A stretch of 64,000 bases of DNA from Sminthopsis crassicaudata (lineage: Eukaryota): contig NC_133621.1 in assembly GCF_048593235.1 (NCBI RefSeq), forward strand, positions 219,067,238 to 219,131,237, in the 5' to 3' direction. The translations under genes and the position numbers were made by a program. Numbering within the stretch: the first letter of the stretch is position 1; the number at the start of each line of letters is the position of its first letter. Under the pieces are notes generated by a model that was not told where the DNA came from, did no database searches, and saw only the letters and a program-made list of their open reading frames with translations. Below are positions 44,390 through 53,480 of the stretch, in pieces.

Positions 44390-46097
44390 TTAATCCATTC
44401 CTTTGGGGCTCAAAGTGGCTGCCCCATGGGTGAAAACTCGTGCAGCAATGGCAGCAAAGGCTCTAAGTCTCTGTAAGATCTTGGGGCGCAGGAGAAGACG
44501 CTGCCATGGCTCACTGGGGCTAGGAACATGCTGTTTCTTCCAGGTATGGTCCTTGGGCTGTTGGGATACAGAGAAACCTGACCCTCAAATCTCAGCCCCC
44601 TAACTTCTATCTGCATTTCCTGAGGGCCACTTTATACCAACCCCAGACCCATTCTTCATTCCCATACCTGTAAGAGCTGGCTGAGGCCCAGCAGAGAGGA
44701 ATGGAGTTGTCTCACAGGACCATCCTGGAGCAGAGAAGGTTCCCCCTTAAAAATCTCTGAGTTCAGCAAGTGACCATAGAAAATTAAGCCTCGATGGATC
44801 TGCTGCAAACAGAGCTGAAAGGAGGAAAGCTGGTGAGAAAAGGGGGATTCACCCAGCTCCTCAACCCTCTTCACAAGCCTGATTGTGTCCCAAATACCTG
44901 GCTGTTGTTAGTGAGACTCTGATGATCACAGCCATCACCACATTGTATGCGGGGCACGTCATCCACAGCTTCTCCAGTGCTTTCTTCTCTTGGCAGCTCC
45001 TAAAGTGGGGTTAGGTGGGAAGCAACACATAAAGTTTTAAACTCAGCTGGGTCTTCCCATTCCCCACTCTGCTTGGCCCAGATTCTTAATCAAAACTCAT
45101 CTGCCCAGCTCCTCTTCTTCTCAAGGTTTATTTTAGAGCCTGTCTTCTCTGATTCCACTTTGCTGATTCATAGTTGCTAGCTTGCATCCTTCTTTCCCTC
45201 CTTGCATCATCATTTATATGGCTAATATAATCTAGCGAACATGATGTGGCAGAGAACAAAACCCAGAACTGAAATAAGTTAGAAAAGTTTATTAAGTCAT
45301 CGTGCAGTGACAAAGAGCCAGAAAAAGGGGTGGCCCACTCCCTCCTCGCATAACTTATACATTATATAGGATTTACACAAAGGAACAAGGAAACAGTAGC
45401 CAATTGGCCAGCACTGAAGACAGATGGGTTTCTTGAGATGTATAGCAAGGGATTAACTTTTCCCATTCTTTGCATAAATCTTCGGATTGAATTGGGTTTC
45501 TGGGGAGTACAACCTAGGTTCTAAGTTAAGCATTAAAACAAATCTGGTCGCTATGCAAAAGATCTTTTTTCTCAGCCACACGTTTGAAGGGGAGGACAGG
45601 TGAGGTTCAAAGTAAGTCATAAAGTTTTCCCACAACTGTTAGACTCTTAAACGCCAAGGTTGTTTTTTGTTTTGTTTTGTTAGGTTTTTTTTTGTGGGGG
45701 GAGAGGGATAGAGTCATTATTTTGTGTCTTATAGAATATATTATTTACCCAGCATATGATGGATACTTAAATGGTTTCAGAGCTAAAATGAATCCCCAGT
45801 CCACTGGGTAAGCATAGCTTCAGGCTAAACCTTTCTAGCTTTCCTTGCCTTAACACCCATCATGTATTTTTCCTCCTACCCTAGTGCAAGAGGAAGAATC
45901 CTATGCTTTATGCTAGAAAGGGAGCCACTTACCAGATTTCCCATCTGAGGGTGAATGCCCCAGGCCAAAGCAGTAACATTCTGAGACAGCTCCTGACACA
46001 GGTCCCAGGCCACATTTCTTCCACTAAACACTGCCCGGCCTTCAGTGGTCCGCAGCAGTAGCAGCAGCAGTAGCAGCATCCTGAGCCCAGACTTCAT
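44390..46097 (-). CDS. IL23A: Interleukin-23 subunit alpha (p19), 193 aa, 4 exons
   Basis: Exons 46097-45933, 44999-44898, 44814-44668, 44557-44390, all phase 0 and GT-AG. Motifs [54 protein letters not shown]. Confidence 0.96.
45245..45634 (-). mobile_element. LTR-like element in IL23A intron 1, same orientation as IL23A
   Basis: TGTGG...CCACA inverted ends; minus-strand TATA-like box ~45362-45370, CCAAT, and AATAAA at 45288-45293 with a GU-rich downstream tract; no convincing TSD. Confidence 0.55.
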
Positions 46098-46254
46098 CTC
46101 CCTGGTTAGCAGTTGGTTCTGCAGCTGCTTCTAGACCTCCCACACTGCTGTGTGACCAGTTCCGACTTTCTGTTTTATTCTTTTCGAATTCTCTGCCTCC
46201 TTTTCTCTCTCTGGCTTGCTACTTGTCTTTTTAAACTCTCCACTCTGTACTGCC

Positions 46255-46295
46255 CTTTATGCTGGGCAGGTGACTCACAGCAGGTGGGATTTCCC
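46255..46295 (-). promoter_or_regulatory. IL23A proximal promoter: TATA-like box, AP-1 and NF-kB sites
   Basis: Minus-strand CATAAAG at 46255-46261, TGACTCA at 46271-46277, GGGATTTCCC at 46286-46295 (full GGGRNNYYCC match). Fits the known NF-kB/AP-1 control of IL23A. Confidence 0.8.
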
Positions 46296-46314
46296 TCCTG
46301 CTTTTTTTCTCTCT

Positions 46315-46332
46315 CACACACACACACACACA
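46315..46332. repeat. (CA)9 short tandem repeat in the IL23A promoter
   Basis: Direct reading; preceded by (CT)n. Confidence 0.9.
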
Positions 46333-46799
46333 CCCACCTTCCTGGGGAGCCCAGGTATCTGGCCCCAGTTCCAGGGGAAGTAAATCATGTGGTAACTGTG
46401 GCTAAAGACCAAGAATGGGATATGTGTAATGCTCTCCAGGAATCAAAGCCTCTGTGGAAAGGGAAGAGAAGGCAAAGATTGTCTCATTGAGGCAAATCTT
46501 GGCCACAGCTCTTCCCCTTTGCTAGGTTTCTCTCTGTTCTCTTTTGCTCCCAAAAGCAAGGCTCTCAAAATAAATAATGGCTTTATTCCTTTTGTCCCAA
46601 GGGAAACTTCTCTCTACTTCTCAGCCTGAAATCCAGGTCCAGCTTCTGTTTTGTACCTCTTTCTTTGGAGCAGGAACTAGACATTCCCGGATTCCCTACC
46701 TGAGATGACAGCTTCAGTTTTCTCACCTCTGATCTCCTAGATAAGTCCCCAGGTTAACTATTTTTCTTCTTTTTTTAAAAAATACTTGTTAAATTTTTT

Positions 46800-46932
46800 T
46801 TTTTTTTTTTTGAGGAAATAGAGGCTAAGCAACTTGACCAGAGTCACACAGCTAGTGTCTGAGGCTGGATCTGAATTTAGATACTCCTGACTCCAGGACT
46901 AGTGCTCTCTTCACTGAACCACCCAACTGCCC
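46800..46932 (-). mobile_element. WSINE1-like SINE upstream of IL23A
   Basis: T-tract followed by reverse-complement SINE body. Confidence 0.75.
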
Positions 46933-48199
46933 TCCCCCTTTGTTTTTTCCTAGATGGTTACAGGTAGTTAAGGACTTTCTATTTCTGAGGTCTGCATTGG
47001 GTTCCATAGTTTCTATGAGGTTCAGAAGGAATGCTGATTGCTGAAATTAGTTCAGGCAGGAGACTGATCTTCCTAGCCTTCTGACCCTGGTAGACATGGA
47101 ACTAAGGGAGGTGGGGGCTTAAAAGGGTTTCCTAATAGTGCCACTGGTTGTGCCCAGGATTGTGCACCCCTTTCTGATTTGTGAACTGCACCTGTGACTG
47201 ATGAAATATTTGTAAAAGGTACTTAGCACAATGCCTGACACATAGTAGGTCCGTTCCCTTCCTGTCTCCTGCTAGGAGATGCCATTCACCATGTGTCCTA
47301 TCAATAGATGAATTCCCAGGCCAGGGTCCTGAATTCTTGACACTAGTTCCAGGCAAGTCTGCGTACATCTGGGCCCTTGGATAGCAAGAGGAGCAAGATA
47401 GAAGCTTCGTCTTAATCTCCCAGAATCTATAGAGATCCTTGCCATATGCACTACGGCCCTATAGCTAGTTACATCCATGGGTAAAACCTGCCTGACTATT
47501 GATTTCATCACCTACCATGATGAAACACAGCAAAGCAACAGAGAGTGCAAGGTTGGGCGTGGGGGTGGAGGGTAGAGAGTGGTAGGCAACTGGGGCTGCC
47601 CCAGCCTCTCCTGCTACACCCAGACAGTGCCAGGAGTCTGAAGGACCCAGAACAGCTCTGGACGTCATGAAATGAGGCAATAGCTGACCACCATGGATGT
47701 GGGAGATAATCTGCTGGCCTTCAGAGACTCTTATCATCTGAGGATGGGGGTTTGGGATTTCCCTTTCTCTTCCCTCCGCTGCTCTGAGAACTAAGAAAAA
47801 GGAGTTAGAAATAATCCAATCTACAAATCAAAAAAAAAAAAAAAGGAAAAAAAGATATGATCCAAGCAAATTGACACTGGGACCCAGCTATGTCTTGTGT
47901 GGGACATATTCTCAACTGCAAAGTAGGATTAGTTTGAGAGAGAGATAAGGCCTTTCTCCTCCTAGAAAAGCTTTTATACTAATTAAATTGACTAATAACA
48001 CTGATTAAAATGCTACAAAATGTCCCATCCCCACTTCCAGCTCTAGGAGGTAAGGTCTACAAACTCTTGGAAGTAGGTCTCTAAAGGTCAGGAAGGAGTC
48101 TAGACGAGGGGGTGGGGTGGAATTGGGGTGGGGGGAGGGGTGCTTTGGTATGGCAGGCAGGCACCAGGATGAATTGCAAGCAGAAGGCTAAGCAACTTT

Positions 48200-48354
48200 G
48201 TTTCACTTCCTGGTACTGTGGGAGCAGGATAGGAAGCAGGATTGTTGGGGCAGCTCTGGGACTATTCTAGGGCAAGAGCTTCTTCCAGGACTCCACCCGC
48301 CCTGGAGCTGCCAGGGTCACCTGACGTCAGCTAGGCCTTGACCACTATGCAAAT
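48200..48354. promoter_or_regulatory. Candidate distal myeloid enhancer ~2.1 kb upstream of IL23A
   Basis: EICE GGAAGTGAAAC (minus, 48200-48210), CRE TGACGTCA 48322-48329, octamer ATGCAAAT 48347-48354. Confidence 0.5.
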
Positions 48355-48961
48355 CACCAGGACACCCCTCATCTGGCCTTTCCAACTCATTCCCCAGGCT
48401 CTTGATCCAATTGACCCTTCCTACATCTAGAGATTAAAGCTAAAGCATGTGAGAACTAGAACTTGATCATCTAGGAACTCTGTAGAGTCCAGACCTCTGT
48501 TTGAACTCTTTGAAAGAGTATCTGGCAAGTTTGATATTATTTTAATCTAAGAGATCTATTGGAGTAGTCTTCCTCATTCCAGGACCTACTGTGGTTAAAG
48601 GTGGGAGGGAAAAAATTGCCTCTTTAATTCGAGTCTTTGTCTTTCTTAATTTGAAACTTCATTATACAAAGTCTCAAAACTGGGGGAAGGGGTTGTGGAA
48701 TCCTGAATCCTCTAGCACAGTGGTGTCAAATTGAAACAGAGGGAGAGAACTAATATTGCATGAAGAGCTCTCTAGCCACATACTCTTTTAGTTTTTAAGA
48801 TGTAACATTTTATTGTATTTTTATTTAGTTAAATTTTATTTCCCAGTTACATTTTATACTGGATCAGGAGCACTTGAGTATTTTTGGCAGGGTTGTAGCT
48901 GCATGCATCCCTTGGGTTGAGGCTGAAGGACCATCAGGATGGGGGAATCCTGAAACTGTCC

Positions 48962-49639
48962 TGAAGATGGGGGGGGGGGGGAAACTCCTTGAAGGGGAGA
49001 AACTCTCCTTGAACTCTTGAGAAACTCCTGCCTCAGGAAATCAAGATAAAGTGATTTCATTGTTATCTTGGTGGGACTAGTTACATCCTCTATTGAGTTG
49101 AGTCCAGTCCTACTTAGCCCAAACTAAAGTGGTCTCATTTAGCCGGAGATGTAGATTTGATATTTCTATGGACCCCTATTTGAGCTGAAAATTAGCTCAG
49201 TACCACTCCCAGTAAGTGGTCTCATTCAACCAGAAATCTAGGCCTTGGGTTAGTGACAGCATTGAGGGAATCTCACTTGGTTGAAATTTCAGTCTCAGAT
49301 TTCCTTATAAAAACATGCATTTTGGGGCTAATTTCTTTTCAGAGGTCCAAAGCAGGACCATGCCATGCGAAGGAACCTCTTCCTCCTTGGCATAGCTGCC
49401 TGTCAGGACCCTGCCCGCTGAGAAGACATTCTCTTCTCAGCCTTAACCCCCTTTATCTCTGCCAGGATCTCTCTGCTAGACCTTTACTTCTCTGTCAGGA
49501 CCTTGCTACTGAAAAAGTCAGTCTTCTAGCAAAAGCTGACTTCTCAGTGCCAATAAACTTTTTGCCAGTCTAACTTTGGGGGTTTGTGAATTCTTTCATG
49601 TTGAACCTTTGCACCAACCAAAGAGGGGTTCCCACAACT
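48962..49639 (+). mobile_element. Solo LTR (~680 bp) between IL23A and PAN2
   Basis: TG start; TATAAAA 49306-49312; AATAAA 49552-49557; repeated gtggtctcatt; candidate 6-bp TSD CTGTCC (48956-48961, 49640-49645), but the 3' end reads CT rather than CA. Confidence 0.65.
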
Positions 49640-51020
49640 CTGTCCTATCACTAACCTCAATAATAGCACTTCTGAATTTGAGAACAGGAACTTTTGCCTC
49701 TTTTTGTATCCCTGGGGCTTACCACAGTCTCTAGAAGATAACAGTGTTTATTAACTATTATCTGCCAGTTCCAAATAAGTTTTTCTCTTAGTTTGGGACC
49801 TTTCCATCCAAACTCTTCTATGAAATCTAAAATTTAAATCCACTCCAAGATGTAGTTTATCTTAGGGTCACAATAGCTGGGGAGAGGAAAATTTCAGTCC
49901 GGACTCCTGTGTACAGAGGTATCTGTTCATGTGTCTCTTATATGCTTTTTAATAACAGCACTAATGATACCAATACGTGTTACTGTAATAGTAATAGTAA
50001 AGGAGTGCATCTGCATATCTGGAATCTTTTTATAAAAGGTATTCTCTTATGGTGTTCCTCTTCAATCTGTTGCACTATTTTAGTGGAGGTGACAGGGGAA
50101 TATCTCAGCCAAAGTCCTGAAAGGAAGAAGCCCTACTCCACCCTTATCTCCTGGAAAACTCAACTCCTAGAGCTGAGGGATTTTTCCCAGCTGCATAACT
50201 CTGTCCCCTGGGAATGTTTCCAGGGAGTTTGGGGAAGGACCAATCAGCTAGACAGGAGTTCCTCCTCTTTCCTGGGAGAGGGATGTGGAGGATGTAGTCA
50301 CTTGGGTTGGGCAGCTGTTTGACTCCCACTTCCTTTTTTTCTTTCATGTCTTTGGAAACCATAGGAAATGTCAATGAAGTTTGGGGCTAAGGGGTCAAAA
50401 AAGAGCAGTTAAGTTAATGGGAGCTTTATGGCAGCCTGTCTATCCTTGTATTGTATGCACTGGAGAATAGGGAGTTTTGTTAAAAGGACCCAACAAGGCT
50501 GAAGACTCATTACTCATAGGATCATTAAATGTGGAGCTGAAAGAAACCATGGGCAAAATCTAGTCCAGAGGCCATAAGTTCTTTATTTATTGCTAAGTTT
50601 CAACAACAAAAAGAATTTTCAAAAACATGCCTCTCCCCAACAAGACTTCAAATGAAACTTTAAATTCTACTTCATACCACTTGCTTTAAATACATAATTC
50701 TTTCAAAGCAGTTACTATGTGAACTTCTATGTGAATTTAAAATATTCCAAGAGCCCTTTAAGACATTATCATTAAAATCATTACATGAACTCCCCCTTAC
50801 CTCCCTTTCTTCTTCCCAGTTATAAACATAAAAGAGGCAACAGATGGAGCTTAACACAATCAAAATTAATCCACACAATGGCTATATCTAAAATGTTCCC
50901 TTGAACAAATATCACACCTTTAAAGTTATTTCCAGGTCTTCTGGAGACATGGTTAATTGATTGCATTCATTAGTTTCAGAGTTATTTCTCTTTAAAGTTT
51001 TTGTTTAAATTCTTCTCGAG

Positions 51021-51519
51021 GAGACTTACATGAACTGATGCTGAGTGAGATGAGCAGGACCAAGAGATCATTGTACACAGCAACAACAATACTATATGAT
51101 GATCAATTCTGTTGGACGTGGCGCTCTCCAACAATGAGATGAATCAAATCAGTTCCAATTGTTCAGTAATGAACTGAACCAGCTACATCCAGTGAAAGAA
51201 CTCTGGGAGATGACTATGAACCACTACATAGAATTACCAATCCCTCTATTTTTGTCCGCCTGCATTTCTGATTTCCTTCACAGGCTAATTGTGCACTATT
51301 TCAAAGTCAAAGTTTTTTGTACCGCAAAACAATTGTATGGTTATGTATATATATAGTATTTAATTTATACTTTGACATATTTAACATGTATTGGTCAACC
51401 TGCCATCTGGGTGGGGGGAAGGAGGGGAAAAATTGGAAAATATTTGGTAATTGTCAATGCTGTAAAATTACCTATGCATATAACTTGTAAATAAAAAGTT
51501 ATAATAAATTAAAAAAAAT
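51021..51519 (+). mobile_element. 5'-truncated LINE-1 3' end
   Basis: gagacttacatgaactgatgctgagtg... through to an A-tail; TSD-like aaattcttctcgag / aaattcctcgag. Confidence 0.8.
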
Positions 51520-51949
51520 AAATTCCTCGAGTCCAGGAGTTCTTAACTTTGTCAATAGATTTAGACAAAATTCAATAAACATCAAGCTCCCAAAGTGCCA
51601 GACAGGCGCTATGCTAGATTCAGGGGATACAAAAAGGCAAAAAAAAAAAAAAGTCTCTGCCCACCCTGATGCTTAGGCACTAGAACTAAGAGGGATTGGG
51701 TTAAGCCCTCTGTGAAGGTGGGATCTTAGTTGGGATTTGAAGGTACAGGGAGGTACGCGGTCAGAACTGAAGGGTATTCTATGCGGGGCAGGGGAGAAAT
51801 GAGAACGCAACCTGTGAAACTTCTAAAAACTTGTTTTTAAATGAAAACCACCAATTATATCCACATAGTTAATTTTTTGTTGTTTGCGGGACCCCCAGGT
51901 AAGAACTCCCCGATTTAGTTCAAACCCTTTATTTGGCAGACAATGAAAC

Positions 51950-53480
51950 ATCCCGAAATGAAGCGACTCGCCTACGGAAGTCAGTTTAGAATTCCTAAAA
52001 TCACATCCGAGGTTCTTCCTCGTACCCGCTCGTACCCAGACCTAATTCCCCACCCTCGCGGCGTTCCTTGCACTCTCGTTTCCCACGGGTGGAAATAAGC
52101 TGTACTGTGCTCGCGTCCTTTCCTAGGGGCAGCGCGTCGTCGTCTCCCCCTTCCTTCTCGACTCCGCTCGGCTGGGCAGCAACAACTGCCGCTCCGGCCG
52201 AGCCGTGCGCTTCCGGCCTGGCCTGATTGGCTCGAGCCCCCAAACGCCATTCGTTGGTTGGCCCTGATCGGTTCCGAAGAGTTTCTAGAGTTAAGTAGGC
52301 CAAGAGGCATTGGGAAGATTTGGGATTTCCCGCGGAGGCATTTTCCTTGAACTCCCTTTTTCCCTGCCCTATTCTGATCTCGTCCCCTAGACCGGAAGTA
52401 TCCGTCACTCGAGACTTGGGGACAACAGTCAGCGCGTCTAGGGTCTCGGGAACCCACGCAGCTCCCGGGATCCTGACGCTCCACCCTCGCCCCTCCCCCA
52501 CCCCCGGCGCATTCTGGGTAACCGCTCCTACGTATTTCCCAGTGGTTTCTTGGGAGCTAATCATTTGCCCCCACCCACTCCTTTCCCAGAGAATTATGGG
52601 TATGGCTTTTCCTATCCCCGCCCCTTCCTGTTTTTCCGCCCAGAGGGTTCTGGGTAACAAGTAGGCCTCAGACTGTGGGAAAATTTTATATCCCTTGTCC
52701 CCCTTTCTCCCAAAGGATTCTGGGTAGCTTTTCCTCCCACTTCCACCCCCCCTTCCGCCCCCCACCTTTCCCACGTCCTCCCCCCCTACCCCAGGTGCAT
52801 CAGGGCTAAGCCAGGCAGGTAAGGGGGGGGATGGTGTGGGCGGTAAGGAAAGACAGTGTGTGGGGAAGAGGTCCAGGGAAGAAATGGGACGGTAGGAGGT
52901 GAGGGTCTGTAGAGAGAGGGTGGAAAACCCCCTTGGTAATGGAGGTTGCTTGATTTCCCGGGTTAGCCGACTCGGGTCCCCAGGAAAGCCCGCAGTGGGG
53001 CTCTGGCTAGGCATCCGCGGCTGGGCCCGCCTCCCCCTCCCATCCCGGCCACGCACTCCTCCTCCTGTCCCCCAGCAGACCAGGATGTCCTCTCAGGGGC
53101 TACCCTACTAAAGGTGGGAGCGGGCCTGTAGAAGGGGTCGGGGCGGGAAGGTGGGGGTACCTTGCCTGCTTCGACTGTCGTCATGAACTTTGAGGGCCTG
53201 GATCCTGGACTGACGGAGTATGCCCCAGCCCTGCATCCCACCCTGGACCCCGTCCTAGATGCCCACCTGAACCCTAGTCTGCTGCAGAATGTGGAGCTGG
53301 ACCCCGAGGGAGTGGCCCTGGAGGCACTGTCGGTGCCGGAGTCCGTGCACATCATGGAGGGCGTCTACTCGGAGCTGCACAGCGTGGTGGCCGAGGTGGG
53401 CGTGCCCGTGTCCGTGTCCCACTTCGACCTCCACGAGGAGATGCTGTGGGTGGGGAGTCATGGGGTAAGAGACTTTTGCT
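51950..53480. promoter_or_regulatory. PAN2 CpG-island promoter and 5' UTR region
   Basis: CpG-dense; CCAAT box (CTGATTGGCT 52223-52232); ETS ACCGGAAGT 52391-52399; candidate exon-1 donor CAG|GTAAGG at 52819; exon-2 acceptor CAGCAG at 53073-53078. Confidence 0.75.

Noticed and set aside
44355-44396. Three TAATCC (K50 homeodomain) motifs around the IL23A stop
   Set aside because: Short AT-rich motifs in a 3' UTR with no other support
48717-48900. Possible hAT MITE beginning cagtggtgtcaaa
   Set aside because: The second TIR and TSD could not be identified, so it is not listed as a feature
49740-50110. Minus-strand stretch that looks like a decayed coding sequence (KIVQQIEEEHHKRIPFIK..., SAVIKKH, ending near an AATAAA), faintly like MRPS36/KGD4
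   Set aside because: Needs frameshifts and stops, and the similarity is too weak to call by eye; only a significant tBLASTx hit would justify a processed-pseudogene call
50800-50885. Hydrophobic exon-like segment on the minus strand (LCGLILIVLSSICCLFYVY) followed by GTAAGG
   Set aside because: Weak acceptor, no partner exons in frame, adjacent to old L1 debris; probably chance
51891-51905. Strong plus-strand donor CAG|GTAAGA upstream of the PAN2 island as an alternative first exon
   Set aside because: No supporting promoter or exon evidence in the sequence; isolated donor-like motifs are common
52001-53056. 351-aa minus-strand ORF (and the 167-aa ORF 51981-52484) over the PAN2 promoter
   Set aside because: Low-complexity G/P/R/A-rich, non-ATG start, no recognisable domain; expected from stop-codon depletion in a GC-rich CpG island
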